Source: Candidatus Krumholzibacteriota bacterium (GTDB lineage Bacteria; Krumholzibacteriota; Krumholzibacteriia; LZORAL124-64-63). Taken from it: a stretch of 64,000 bases of DNA. Shown piece after piece: positions 26,856 through 37,050 of this stretch. The stretch is taken from assembly GCA_039714075.1 (NCBI GenBank), contig JBDLKA010000001.1:96001-160000 (forward strand), given 5' to 3'. The notes under the pieces were generated by a model. That model was not told the DNA's origin. It did no database searches and saw only the letters and a list, made by a program, of their open reading frames with translations. The stretch's first letter is position 1; each line of letters opens with the position of its first letter. Position numbers and translations under genes: made by a program.

Positions 26856-27848
26856 ATGAAACTTCCCCGCCGATTAACTTCCCGCTCATTTGCCGTCATT
26901 GGCTTTTCCGTGGCTCTTTACGCCGCTGTCGCCCTGATTTTCGGCCTTGACGATATCCGCCGGGAACTGGCCGGATTTCCCGGCTGGCAATTGTGGGTTT
27001 TGGCGGCCCTCTCCTTGATAAATTACGCGCTGAGATTCTGGCGCTGGGAAGTCTATTTGCGAGCCCTTGACTCCCGAATCCCCCTGCGGGAGTCCCTTGG
27101 TCTCTATTTTGCCACCTACGTCATGGTGATCACACCCGGAAAGATCGGTGAAATTTTCAAGGCGGGAATTTTGCGGGAGAAGTTCGGGGTTTCCCTTTCC
27201 AGGGGATTACCCGTCGTACTAGCCGAAAGAATCTATGATTTCCTGGCCGTCCTGGTCCTGGCTGCGGTGGGAGTGTTTTTCTGGCCCGGCCCCCTGACCG
27301 GACTGACCACCGGGTTGCTGGCGGCGGCGGCCATCCCCCTGTTCCTGGCCTTGTTCCAGAACCGGAACATCAGGACCAGGCTTTTGGGACGGGCGGCGCG
27401 ATCGGAAATGTTGTCCCGTCACCGGGTGGGCCTGGACGAGTCCATGGAATCGCTGAGCAGGCTGCTGGGGATCAAACATTCCCTGTTTTCCCTGACCCTG
27501 TCGACCCTGGCCTGGCTGTGCGAATGTCTGGGCTTGTGGCTCGTATGTCGGGGACTGGATTTTCCGGTGCCCCTGGGCGAGGCCCTCTTCGTCTACGCGG
27601 CGGGCACCCTGGTGGGTTCGCTGTCATTCCTTCCTGGCGGGCTGGGAGGAACCGAGGCCACGATCATCTGGCTGTTGGGCACCCTGTCCATGCCGGGTGC
27701 CACGGCCGCGGCGGTGGCCTTGCTCGTGCGGCTGTTCACGCTATGGCTCGCGGTGATCATCGGTCTGGTATTTTTTATGGCTTTCCGCAGCATACTTTTC
27801 AGTGAAGACGAGGAAATCCCCGAGCCCGGCGATACCCTCCCCAGCTGA
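26856..27848 (+). CDS. Lysylphosphatidylglycerol-synthase TM domain / flippase-like membrane protein
   Basis: LRFWRW, TPGKIGE, ERIYD, PGGLGGTEA motifs. Confidence 0.85.
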   Translation: MKLPRRLTSRSFAVIGFSVALYAAVALIFGLDDIRRELAGFPGWQLWVLAALSLINYALRFWRWEVYLRALDSRIPLRESLGLYFATYVMVITPGKIGEIFKAGILREKFGVSLSRGLPVVLAERIYDFLAVLVLAAVGVFFWPGPLTGLTTGLLAAAAIPLFLALFQNRNIRTRLLGRAARSEMLSRHRVGLDESMESLSRLLGIKHSLFSLTLSTLAWLCECLGLWLVCRGLDFPVPLGEALFVYAAGTLVGSLSFLPGGLGGTEATIIWLLGTLSMPGATAAAVALLVRLFTLWLAVIIGLVFFMAFRSILFSEDEEIPEPGDTLPS

Positions 27849-27859
27849 TACCTCGACCT

Positions 27860-28861
27860 TTAATTCCTGTCGTTGACCAGCCGGTCGTACCCGAGAAGGA
27901 TCGTGATGACTGCCGCGACCGAGGCCAGGATCCAGGGAACATTGGCCCGGAACCAACCCTGTCTCTGGATAGTGACGTGGAGCGTATCACCGGGATATAC
28001 CTGGGGATTGCCCATCGGATTGCCTTCCTTCAGGTACAGATCCAGGTTGATCAGGGTGGAAACGGCCTTGCCGCCGTCTTCATGGACCCAGTAGACCTTT
28101 TCCATGTCCGCCACGTCACTGGGAGCACCGGCCAGCATGATGACGTCCAGCATGGGCATGGGGTCCTCGATGGGGACGATGGTGGACACCCCCACCCCTC
28201 CGAACACCTTCACGCCTTCGGCCGAGGGTACACCCGAGGTGCCTTCGAGCAGGGCGGGAATGATCAGGGTGTCGCCGTCGCGCAGCTCCATGGCGGGAAA
28301 TGCGCGGCCCTCCATCAATCCGGACAGGTCCAGGTTATTGACCTGGGGAATGCCTTCTTCATCCCTGATGACGCGGGCGAGCCGCAGATTGGCTTCCTCG
28401 GTCGGGCCGCCTGCGGAGCGGATGACATCCCACAAAGAAGGTAAATAATCGAATGACTGGGTGCCGGGGCGCGCGACCTGCCCCATGACGTAGATGTTCG
28501 TGGCCCCGCCGCGGCTCACTTCCAGGTGCAGGGTGTCGATGTTGGGATAGAACAAACGCAATTTCTGCTTGATGAACAGCGAAGCTTCCTCGCGGGACAT
28601 CCCCGCCAACAGAACGTCACCCACCTGGGGAATATTGGCGTAACCTCCCTGGTCCAGCACCAATTCACTATCCAGATCCGGACGCCCGGGAACCGACAGC
28701 TTGACCTTGTCACCCACCCGCAAGGAAGTGGAAACATCCCCCTCCTGGCCCAAAACCAACAGGGGATTCAGCACCAGAGTCAGCACTACGACCCAGGCCA
28801 GCGGCCGCTTCCATGACCGGCACGGCGTTACCTCGGCAAACTCAGCGGATCGGTGCTTCAT
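27860..28861 (-). CDS. Polysaccharide export protein (Wza/SLBB domains)
   Basis: [31 protein letters not shown] repeats. Confidence 0.85.
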   Translation of the reverse strand: MKHRSAEFAEVTPCRSWKRPLAWVVVLTLVLNPLLVLGQEGDVSTSLRVGDKVKLSVPGRPDLDSELVLDQGGYANIPQVGDVLLAGMSREEASLFIKQKLRLFYPNIDTLHLEVSRGGATNIYVMGQVARPGTQSFDYLPSLWDVIRSAGGPTEEANLRLARVIRDEEGIPQVNNLDLSGLMEGRAFPAMELRDGDTLIIPALLEGTSGVPSAEGVKVFGGVGVSTIVPIEDPMPMLDVIMLAGAPSDVADMEKVYWVHEDGGKAVSTLINLDLYLKEGNPMGNPQVYPGDTLHVTIQRQGWFRANVPWILASVAAVITILLGYDRLVNDRN

Positions 28862-28876
28862 GCTCTCCTCCGTACT

Positions 28877-29815
28877 TCAGGCAAGGTCCCGATACCACGC
28901 CACGGTTTTCCGCAAACCCTGGTCGATATCAATGTCCCCCACGTAGTCGAGATATTCACGGGCCAGACCGACATCGGCCTGGGAGTGTTTCACGTCGCCG
29001 GGCCGTGATTCATCATAATGGGGTTCGACGTCGGTGCCAATGAGATCCCGGATCCGGAAACACAGATCCTTCACGGTCAGGCGATCGCCCAGGGCGATGT
29101 TGTAGGACCTGCCGCCGGCTTCGGGCCGCGCGGCGCAGGCGGCCAGATTGGCGTTCACCACATTGGCGATGTAGGTGAAATCCCGGGACTGGAGCCCATC
29201 CCCGTGAATGACGGGAGGCTGCCCGGCCAGGAAAGCCGTGATGAACTTGGGCACGACCGCGGCGTATTGGCTGTTGGGATCCTGGCGGGGTCCGAAGACG
29301 TTGAAATACCTCAGGCCGATGGTGCTCAGACCGTACAGATTGTTGAAGACCGCGCCGTACAACTCGGACACCCTCTTGTTGACCGCATAGGGCGACATCG
29401 GCCGCGGCTGCATGCCTTCATGTTTGGGCAGTTCCTCGGTATCGCCGTAGATGGAACTGCTGGCGGCGAAAACCACTCTCCTGACACCCTGCTGGTGGGC
29501 GCCCCAGAACACCCGCAGGGTGCCGCCGATATTGTGCTCGTCGCTGGTCAGGGGATCCGCCACGCTGCGCGGGACACTGGGCAGGGCGGCCTGGTGAAAG
29601 ACACAGTCCACACCCTGGCAGCACGCCATGACGGTGTCGATGTCGGTGATGGAACCGACATGGAGCTGAACATCATCGATGATGTCGGCGATGTTTTCCT
29701 CACGGCCGGTGGACATGTTGTCCAGCACGACCACTTCATGCCCCCGGCTGACCAGTTCCCTGCTCAAATGAGACCCGATAAACCCCGCTCCGCCTGTCAC
29801 CAGGTATTTACTCAT
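28877..29815 (-). CDS. NAD-dependent nucleotide-sugar epimerase (WbpP/TviC-like)
   Basis: TGGAGFIGS, SVPRS, YAVNK, RYFNVFGPRQDP. Confidence 0.93.
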   Translation of the reverse strand: MSKYLVTGGAGFIGSHLSRELVSRGHEVVVLDNMSTGREENIADIIDDVQLHVGSITDIDTVMACCQGVDCVFHQAALPSVPRSVADPLTSDEHNIGGTLRVFWGAHQQGVRRVVFAASSSIYGDTEELPKHEGMQPRPMSPYAVNKRVSELYGAVFNNLYGLSTIGLRYFNVFGPRQDPNSQYAAVVPKFITAFLAGQPPVIHGDGLQSRDFTYIANVVNANLAACAARPEAGGRSYNIALGDRLTVKDLCFRIRDLIGTDVEPHYDESRPGDVKHSQADVGLAREYLDYVGDIDIDQGLRKTVAWYRDLA

Positions 29816-29852
29816 GTCCTGGACATCCCTCCGCTGGTTTTACGAACCCGGC

Positions 29853-31151
29853 CTAAAGCCTGATCAGATCGGCCGACTCATGCCCCTTGAGGGCGTTGCG
29901 CGTGTCGATGACGACCGGACCGGCATCGATCAGCACGGCGTGGTCCACCGTCGGGTGCGGTGTGACGATGACCACGGCGTCAAAACCGGCAACGGCTTCG
30001 GACGACCACTGCTCCAGTCGTTCCGCTGAAATCTCGGCAGGCACCGACTCCACGTGGGGATCGTACCACGAGGTTTTTCCGCCCAGGTTGGACACCATTT
30101 CCATGATGTCCAGGGCCGGGGATTCGCGCATGTCGTCGATACCCGGCTTGTAGGCCACTCCCACTACCAGGACCCGGCTGCCGTTGACGGATTTGCGCCT
30201 GTCGTTCAGGGCGCGGGTGACCAGCTTCAGGACATGCCTCGGCATGAAGCTGTTCACCTGCCCGGCCAGGTCGATGAACCGGGCTTCCGACCCGGCCTGC
30301 TTGGCCTTCCAGGACAGATAAAACGGATCGATGGGGATGCAGTGGCCGCCCAGACCGGGACCCGGGTAGAACGGCATGAAGCCGAAGGGTTTGGTGGCGG
30401 CGCCGTCGATGACTTCCCAGACGTCGATGTCCATGGCGTTGCACATCAGGGCGATTTCATTGACCAGTCCGATGTTCACACTGCGGAAGGTGTTCTCCAG
30501 CAGCTTGACCGTTTCGGCGACCCGGACCGACGAAACCGGAACCACGGTCTCCATCACCTGGCCGTAGAGATTGCGGGCCACCTCGGTGCAATTCGGTGTG
30601 ACGCCCCCCACCACCTTGGGAATGTTGATGGTGTGGAAAGTGGGGTTCCCGGGATCGACCCGTTCCGGGGAAAAGGCCAGGAAAAAATCCCGGCCGACTT
30701 CGAGGCCGTTTTCGCTCAGGATGGGCAGGATGACTTCTTCGGTCGTGCCCGGATAGGTCGTGCTTTCGAGGATCACCAGCATCCCGGAGTGCATGCTCTC
30801 GGCAATGGACCCCACGGCCGCCTGGATATAGGAAATGTCCGGATCGCGGGTCTTCCCCAGGGGCGTCGGCACGCAGATGTTGACACTGTCCACTTCAGCC
30901 AGCCGGGAAAAATCCGTGGTGGCTACCAGGTGACCAGACTCCACGACACCAGCGAGATCCTCGCTGGAGATGTCGATGATGTAGCTGTCGCCTTTGTTCA
31001 CCGCATTGACCTTGTTCACGTCCAGGTCGAATCCGATAACCCGGAAGCCCGCTTTGGCGAATGACACCGCCAGCGGCAACCCGACGTAACCCAGGCCCAG
31101 GATGCCCAGCCGGGCCTCCTTGCTCTTCAGTTTGCTGATCAATTGCTGCAT
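29853..31151 (-). CDS. UDP-N-acetylhexosamine/nucleotide-sugar 6-dehydrogenase (WbpA/TviB-like)
   Basis: GLGYVGLP, ESTTYPGTT, SPERVDPGN, GGHCIPIDP, DMRESP. Confidence 0.94.
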   Translation of the reverse strand: MQQLISKLKSKEARLGILGLGYVGLPLAVSFAKAGFRVIGFDLDVNKVNAVNKGDSYIIDISSEDLAGVVESGHLVATTDFSRLAEVDSVNICVPTPLGKTRDPDISYIQAAVGSIAESMHSGMLVILESTTYPGTTEEVILPILSENGLEVGRDFFLAFSPERVDPGNPTFHTINIPKVVGGVTPNCTEVARNLYGQVMETVVPVSSVRVAETVKLLENTFRSVNIGLVNEIALMCNAMDIDVWEVIDGAATKPFGFMPFYPGPGLGGHCIPIDPFYLSWKAKQAGSEARFIDLAGQVNSFMPRHVLKLVTRALNDRRKSVNGSRVLVVGVAYKPGIDDMRESPALDIMEMVSNLGGKTSWYDPHVESVPAEISAERLEQWSSEAVAGFDAVVIVTPHPTVDHAVLIDAGPVVIDTRNALKGHESADLIRL

Positions 31152-31282
31152 GAACATTCCTCGTTTGACATGAATGTAAAAAGCCATCGGGTCCGGACGA
31201 ATCAGACCCTGCTTCCCTTATCATCGGCAATCCCGGCTGACGGTTTACCAACTCCTGGAAGTAATCAGGGGCCCGTTCCCGT

Positions 31283-31570
31283 TCACTTGTCCTGGTTCCG
31301 GAATTCCGCCTTCAAACGCTTCATTTCCACCCTGGTTTCCCTGAGATCCACCACTTTGTAATACAAACGGCGGAGAACCGAAAGGACAAAAAGCCCCATC
31401 AGGAACAGGGCTCCACGGCGGTACCAGGGGTTGAGGTCGGCCCCGTGGGTGGAAAACAGGTCGTCGATGGTGCGGGTGAAAACAACCAGCGTCACGGCAA
31501 AAGCCACATAAAGCAGGCAGTGGACCAGGCCGCTGCTGAAGTCCTCGCGGCAGCGGAGGTACTGGCGCAA
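31283..31570 (-). CDS. Small two-TM hypothetical protein (start uncertain)
   Basis: Two hydrophobic helices then a charged coiled tail; co-oriented with neighbours. Confidence 0.55.
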   Translation of the reverse strand: MRQYLRCREDFSSGLVHCLLYVAFAVTLVVFTRTIDDLFSTHGADLNPWYRRGALFLMGLFVLSVLRRLYYKVVDLRETRVEMKRLKAEFRNQDK

Positions 31571-31625
31571 CGGAAAATCCCCGCCGGAGCCGTCCCGGAA
31601 CCGGGATTCGAACAGATCGGACTTT

Positions 31626-31838
31626 TTACGGGATCTCTTCGAAATCAGCATCATCGATATCCTGTTCCGTCAGGTCATTCATGGGACGGCCGGTCGGCGG
31701 CGAACTTCCACTGTCCCGGACGTCCTGCTTGGGGGACGGTCCCGTGGGGCCGGACCCCACCATCGATTTAATGGAAAGATAGATCCGCCTGACCAGAAGG
31801 CCGAATAAAAAGAGAAGCAGGATTCTGAAAATATTCAT
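31626..31838 (-). CDS. Small membrane-anchored hypothetical protein with acidic C-terminal DIDDADFEEI motif
   Basis: N-terminal TM helix, low-complexity linker, acidic tail. Confidence 0.6.
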   Translation of the reverse strand: MNIFRILLLFLFGLLVRRIYLSIKSMVGSGPTGPSPKQDVRDSGSSPPTGRPMNDLTEQDIDDADFEEIP

Positions 31839-31859
31839 GATTCACACGAAGGAAAGTGG

Positions 31860-31936
31860 TGGTACGCCCGACAGGATTCGAACCTGTGGCCTTCTGCTCC
31901 GGAGGCAGACGCTCTATCCAGCTGAGCTACGGGCGC
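31860..31936 (-). tRNA. tRNA-Arg(CCG)
   Basis: GCGCCCGTAGCTCAGCTGGATAGAGCG TCTGC-CTCCGGA-GCAGA...GGTTCGAATCC...GGGCGTACCA; TTGACG-17-CATAAT upstream. Confidence 0.95.
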
Positions 31937-32012
31937 ACGTGTGGTGGCGGAATTATGGAACATGAATCCTTTGGCGTCAAATTCCATGTGAACACCATCG
32001 TCGGGCTTCTGA

Positions 32013-33731
32013 TCAGCCGTGCCCCAGCAACTGTCGCGCATAGGCAACCTGTTGATCGGGCCCGCCTGCAACCCGGCTTTTGTCGCCACCCAGAAGCCGG
32101 GCGATTTCCTCGACCCGGGCTTCCCCGGGAACAGGGACGACCTGCAGAACAGTTCTCCCGCCGGTTACCGATTTTTCCACCTTGAGGTGATGGTCGCCCC
32201 GGGCCGCGACCGTCGGCAGATGCGTGATACAGACCACCTGGCCTTCAGCAGCCAACCGGCCCAGCAGTTCGGCCACCGGGACGGCGTTGTCCATGCCGAG
32301 GCCGGCGTCGATCTCGTCGAAAAGCTGCAGGGACTGGCGCGTACTCCCGCGCTGGAGAACGGACAGGCCCAGGAAGATCCGTGATTTTTCGCCCCCGGAG
32401 GCAATGCGGCCCACCTCGCCGAGACTCTCGCCGCGATTGGTCCGGGCCGACAGGCTGATCCGGTCGGCGCCCCGCCTGGTCAGACGGCATGGCTGATCCT
32501 CCACCAGCACGGCGCTTTCCCCGTCAAGATCCGGTTCGATGCCGAATTCCAGTTCGAGTTCGGGCAGGGCCAGCGGCCGGATGGTTTCCACCGCCCGGGC
32601 GGCCACCTTCCCCGCTCCCCTGCGGCGGTTCTCCCGCAAGGCTTCGGCCGCCGCGATCAGTTCGAGCCGGGCCGTGTCCCGCAAGGACGCCAGATGGTCG
32701 AGATCCGAGGCGGCCTCTTCCTGCCGGGAAATCCGTTCTGTCAGGACGCCGTGCAGTTCGATCAGGCCGTCACAGGTCCGGTCGTATTTCCGGCGGAGAT
32801 CTTCATAAAGGGATTTGCGGGCTTCCCATTCGTCCAACTGTTCGGGATCGGCGTCGACGCGGTCGAGAAATCTCTCCAGGCCCGAGGCGGCTTCACCGAC
32901 GGCGGCTTCGGCGTCCTTGATCAGTTCCATGATGCTTTGCAGCCGCGGGCTGGCGTCGGCCAGCGGCGCCAGGACACTGTCCGCGGAACCGAGCAGTTGC
33001 CGCGCGTTGACGGGACCTTCGGCCAGACTCTCCCGCGCCTGCCCCGCGGCTTCCAGCAGGGCCCGGGCGTTGCGGCCAACCGCGAGACGCTCGGCCAACA
33101 ACTCTTCTTCATCCGGGTCCAACCCGGCCTCGTCCAGTTCCTGGTGCTGGTAGCGCCACATATCCAGTTGCTGGCGGGCGAATCCCTCTTCCTCGAGACG
33201 ATGATCGTACCGGGATTGCAATTCCTGGAAGTTGATCAGGGCGGCGGCCACCCGGTCCCTTTCGGCTTCATTCTCCAGAACCGAATCAAGAAACTCACCG
33301 GGAAACATGGGCTGCGACAGGAGTCGTTGCTGATCCTGGCTTTGAATGGACAGAAGCTCGCCGCCCAACTGTTCCAGCAAAGGGAGCGAGGAAACCAGGC
33401 CGTTGATGAGAACCCGGCTGCGTCCCTCGCGCTTGAGTTCCCGGCGCAGGACCAGCATTCCGTCGGACCCGAGCCGGATGCCCAATTCAGTCACGAAACG
33501 ACCGGTTTCATCCCGTCCGCTCAAATCGAAGACGCCCTCCACGAAGGCCAGGTCTTCTCCCTCGCGGATCAGACCGCGGTCGGCCTTGCCGCCGCCCAGG
33601 AGGGTTAGTGCGCCGGCGATGAGGGATTTTCCCGCTCCGGTCTCGCCGGTGAGCATCGTCAAACCCGTCTCGAAACCCAGGACCAGATCATCCACCAAGG
33701 CCAGGTTGCCGACCCTGAGTTCGCGCAGCAT
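32013..33731 (-). CDS. recN: DNA repair protein RecN
   Basis: TGETGAGKS, coiled coil, ASGGEKSR, FDEIDAG, CITHLP. Confidence 0.95.
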   Translation of the reverse strand: MLRELRVGNLALVDDLVLGFETGLTMLTGETGAGKSLIAGALTLLGGGKADRGLIREGEDLAFVEGVFDLSGRDETGRFVTELGIRLGSDGMLVLRRELKREGRSRVLINGLVSSLPLLEQLGGELLSIQSQDQQRLLSQPMFPGEFLDSVLENEAERDRVAAALINFQELQSRYDHRLEEEGFARQQLDMWRYQHQELDEAGLDPDEEELLAERLAVGRNARALLEAAGQARESLAEGPVNARQLLGSADSVLAPLADASPRLQSIMELIKDAEAAVGEAASGLERFLDRVDADPEQLDEWEARKSLYEDLRRKYDRTCDGLIELHGVLTERISRQEEAASDLDHLASLRDTARLELIAAAEALRENRRRGAGKVAARAVETIRPLALPELELEFGIEPDLDGESAVLVEDQPCRLTRRGADRISLSARTNRGESLGEVGRIASGGEKSRIFLGLSVLQRGSTRQSLQLFDEIDAGLGMDNAVPVAELLGRLAAEGQVVCITHLPTVAARGDHHLKVEKSVTGGRTVLQVVPVPGEARVEEIARLLGGDKSRVAGGPDQQVAYARQLLGHG

Positions 33732-34645
33732 CAGGACTCGCTCCCGCTGCGCCGCCGGGTGCCGCCCCAGTTCAATTTGTGTCGCAGGACACGGTAGAAA
33801 CTGCTCTGGGGAAACTTGATCAGGTTGACTTCCCGGTGGGCCTCCCGGAAGGCCAGCCGGTCCCCGTTGGCCAGGACATTGGTCCGCTGCCCGTCCGCTG
33901 TCAGGATGGCACCTTCACCTGTTTCATGAAGAAGCAGCTCTATCTTCGTACCGCCGGCCACTATAAGAGGGCGCATGCCGAGGCTATGCGGACAGATCGG
34001 GGCCACCAGCAGACAATCGACGGTGGACTGGCAAATGGGCCCGCCGGCGGAAAGGTTGTAGGCGGTGGAGCCGGTCGGTGTGCTGACGATGATGCCGTCG
34101 CCGAGAAAACGGCCCAGCGAGTCGCCATCCATCTGCAGTTCCATGTCCAGGGCCCGGGGCAAGGGCCCCATGTTCACCACCAGATCGTTGAGGGCGCTGG
34201 CGGTGGCGATTTTTTCTTCCTCCCGCCAAACCGAGCAATAGACCCGCGACCGGGTGTCCAGGTGGTATTGACCGGTAAAGACCAGATCCAGGGCTGCGGG
34301 GACCTCTTCCAGGGGAACGTCGGTCAAATAGCCCAGGGAACCGAGGTTGACGCCCAGCAACGGAACACCCGAAAGACCCAGCACGCGGCCGGCCCGCAGC
34401 ATGGTGCCGTCTCCCCCCAGGGCAATGACCACATCGACCTTCTCGATCAGTTCCTTATTTGGCAGAACGGGAATAGAGGCCGGGACGCCTCCGGCAAGTT
34501 CTTCCGAGGCGAGCACTTCGACACCCGCGGCGGCACACCGATCGGCAATGGTCCGCACGGCGCGGGGCAAATCGGATTTGCGGGGATTCCCGAACAGGCC
34601 GATACGCGTTATGGGTGCCATGTTGCTCTTTCCGGAACTGTTCAT
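33731..34645 (-). CDS. nadK: NAD kinase
   Basis: LGGDGTML, GVNLGSLGYL, ALND, GDG.IVSTPTGSTAYNLSAGGP; ATGA overlap with dxs stop. Confidence 0.95.
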   Translation of the reverse strand: MNSSGKSNMAPITRIGLFGNPRKSDLPRAVRTIADRCAAAGVEVLASEELAGGVPASIPVLPNKELIEKVDVVIALGGDGTMLRAGRVLGLSGVPLLGVNLGSLGYLTDVPLEEVPAALDLVFTGQYHLDTRSRVYCSVWREEEKIATASALNDLVVNMGPLPRALDMELQMDGDSLGRFLGDGIIVSTPTGSTAYNLSAGGPICQSTVDCLLVAPICPHSLGMRPLIVAGGTKIELLLHETGEGAILTADGQRTNVLANGDRLAFREAHREVNLIKFPQSSFYRVLRHKLNWGGTRRRSGSES

Positions 34646-36552
34646 GAGGCGCTCTGGGCCTGGGAACCGTCGCGGCGTTGTTCGAAAGTCTCCTGGATCC
34701 TTCGGGCCAGCCCGACGCTGTCGAGCCCCATGTCCATCAGCAATTCGCTGCGCGAAGCATGTTCCTGGAAGCTGTCGGCAATGCCGATGTTCAGGACCCG
34801 GGGGTGGCCAACCACACCCGGCCGCGCCGCCCATTCGAGGACGGCGGCCCCGAACCCCCCGGCCAGGGCGTTCTCCTCCACCGTCACGACCAGGCGGTTG
34901 CGCTGCCAGACGGATTCCAGCAGGTCTTCGTCCAGGGGTTTGATGAAGCGCATGTCCACCACTTCGGCGGACAGCCCGGCTTTGGCCAGGATCACGGCAG
35001 CTTCGCGGGATTCCTGAACCATGGAGCCGACGGCCAGGATGCAGAGATCATCACCCTGGGCGAGGGTCTCCGCCTTCCCCACGGGAATCGCGACCGGATC
35101 ACCTTCCAGGGAAACGCCGGGCCCCGAACCGCGGGGATAGCGAATCGAAGAGGGACCATCCTCGCGGGCCAGCCCCGTGGCCAGCATGTGACGCAACTGG
35201 TCCTCGTCGCGGGGCGCCATGACGACCATGTTGGGGATCATCCGCAGGAAGGTGTAATCGAAGACCCCGTGATGGGTGGGACCGTCCTCGCCCACCACGC
35301 CACCCCTGTCCACGGCGAAGACCACCGGCAGGTCCTGCAGGGCGATGTCATGGATGATCTGATCGATGGCCCGCTGCAGGAAGGTGGAATAGATGGCCAC
35401 CACCGGTTTGTGTCCCTCGCTGGCCAGGCCGCCGGCAAAAGTGACGGCGTGACCCTCGGCGATGCCCACATCATGGAAACGGCCGGGGCAGCGCTCCTTC
35501 ATGGCGGTCAACCCCGTGCCCGAGGGCATGGCGGCGGTAACACCGTGAATGCGGCGGTCCTCTTCCGCCAACTGCGCCAATGTGTCCCCGAACACCGAGG
35601 TGTAGCTGGGCACCGAAGGGGGCACGACCTTGATCCCCTCGGACTTGTCGAACTTGCCCACGCCGTGATAGCGCTGGCCGTCTTCCTCGGCGAAACGATA
35701 CCCCTTGCCCTTGCTGGTGATGCAATGGATGAGGATGGGGCCCTGCATCTTGCTAACTGCTTTCAGGGTCTTGACCAGCAGGGGCAGATCGTGACCGTCC
35801 AGCGGCCCGAAATACTTGAACCCCAGTTCCTCGAACAGGATGGTCGGGACAACCAGCTGCTTCAGGCTTTCCTTGATCCGGCCCGCCATCTTCTGGGCCT
35901 TGGAACCGTGGGGAATCTTGCCCAGCAGATCCCAGATGTCGGCCTCCAGGCGCACATAGCTTTTGCCGCTGGTGATCCGGGTCAGGTATTTTGAAATGGC
36001 CCCCACGTTGGGGGAAATGCTCATCTTGTTGTCATTGAGAATGACGATCATGTTGGTCCCGAGCTGACCGGCGTTGTTGAGACCTTCGTAAGCCAGGCCA
36101 CCCGTCAGCGCGCCGTCCCCCACCACCGCCACGACCGCGTTGTCCCCGCCGGCGGCATCCCGCGCGGCCGCGAACCCCACTGCGGCGCTGATCGACGTGC
36201 TGGCGTGGCCGACGCCGAACATGTCGTGGGGACTTTCCGACTGTTTGGGGAATCCGGCCACCCCACCCTTGCTGCGCAGGGTGCCGAATCGATCCCGCCT
36301 GCCGGTGAGGATCTTGTGGCCGTAGGCCTGATGGCCGACATCCCAGACGATCTTGTCGGTCGGAGTGCTGAAAACCCGGTGCAGGGCCACGGTCAGTTCC
36401 ACGACACCGAGACTGGCGCCCAGATGTCCGCCGGAACGGGAAACCGAAGTGATGATTTCATCGCGCAGCTCGGCGCAAAGCTGGTCCATGGCAGCCAGGG
36501 GCAGCTTTTTGAGATCCTCGGGTCCTTCAATTTTTGGCAGGAGGGGTTCCAT
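34642..36552 (-). CDS. dxs: 1-deoxy-D-xylulose-5-phosphate synthase
   Basis: GGHLGASLGVVELT, DVGHQAY, GDGALTGG, GIAEGHAV, DGPTHHG. Confidence 0.97.
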   Translation of the reverse strand: MEPLLPKIEGPEDLKKLPLAAMDQLCAELRDEIITSVSRSGGHLGASLGVVELTVALHRVFSTPTDKIVWDVGHQAYGHKILTGRRDRFGTLRSKGGVAGFPKQSESPHDMFGVGHASTSISAAVGFAAARDAAGGDNAVVAVVGDGALTGGLAYEGLNNAGQLGTNMIVILNDNKMSISPNVGAISKYLTRITSGKSYVRLEADIWDLLGKIPHGSKAQKMAGRIKESLKQLVVPTILFEELGFKYFGPLDGHDLPLLVKTLKAVSKMQGPILIHCITSKGKGYRFAEEDGQRYHGVGKFDKSEGIKVVPPSVPSYTSVFGDTLAQLAEEDRRIHGVTAAMPSGTGLTAMKERCPGRFHDVGIAEGHAVTFAGGLASEGHKPVVAIYSTFLQRAIDQIIHDIALQDLPVVFAVDRGGVVGEDGPTHHGVFDYTFLRMIPNMVVMAPRDEDQLRHMLATGLAREDGPSSIRYPRGSGPGVSLEGDPVAIPVGKAETLAQGDDLCILAVGSMVQESREAAVILAKAGLSAEVVDMRFIKPLDEDLLESVWQRNRLVVTVEENALAGGFGAAVLEWAARPGVVGHPRVLNIGIADSFQEHASRSELLMDMGLDSVGLARRIQETFEQRRDGSQAQSAS

Positions 36553-36593
36553 GCCTCGTCCTTTCCCTGCGTATCAACCGATTCCTGAAAAGA

Positions 36594-37049
36594 TTAACCC
36601 GGCCCGATCCCGAACGCCAGAGCGAAAAGACCGCCGAACACCACCCCGAACACCACGTGGGACACCTGATGGGTCCGGGGATCGAGGAATCCGGCCACCC
36701 GCTGGTGAAAATGCCCCGCGTCCGGTAGCGACGCCACCAGATGGAAAACGGCTGCCCGTTGCCGAGTGGCGGCCACCCGCAACTTGACCGTGTCGTGGAT
36801 CACGATGACCGCAAACACCAGGACAAAGGCGGTCTGTCCCGAATTCCAACCCGAGCGAAGGATGACCAACACCAGCAGGCAGGACAGGATGCTGGCCTGC
36901 AGGCTGGGCAAGCCCCGTCCCTGGGCGGCCACAGCCAGGTCGAAATGCCGTTTGGTGACGGAATACACCACTACCTTGAAGACCTGGACCAAAGTGCCAC
37001 AGGCCACGACCACCGCCCAAACCGGCCAATTGACGATTGAATTCAGCAT
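36594..37049 (-). CDS. Divergent PAP2 (DUF212-like) membrane protein
   Basis: Q..K, G.GLPS, IV.HD...R, H...V..G; usual position between ispA and dxs. Confidence 0.7.
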   Translation of the reverse strand: MLNSIVNWPVWAVVVACGTLVQVFKVVVYSVTKRHFDLAVAAQGRGLPSLQASILSCLLVLVILRSGWNSGQTAFVLVFAVIVIHDTVKLRVAATRQRAAVFHLVASLPDAGHFHQRVAGFLDPRTHQVSHVVFGVVFGGLFALAFGIGPG

Positions 37050-37050
37050 A

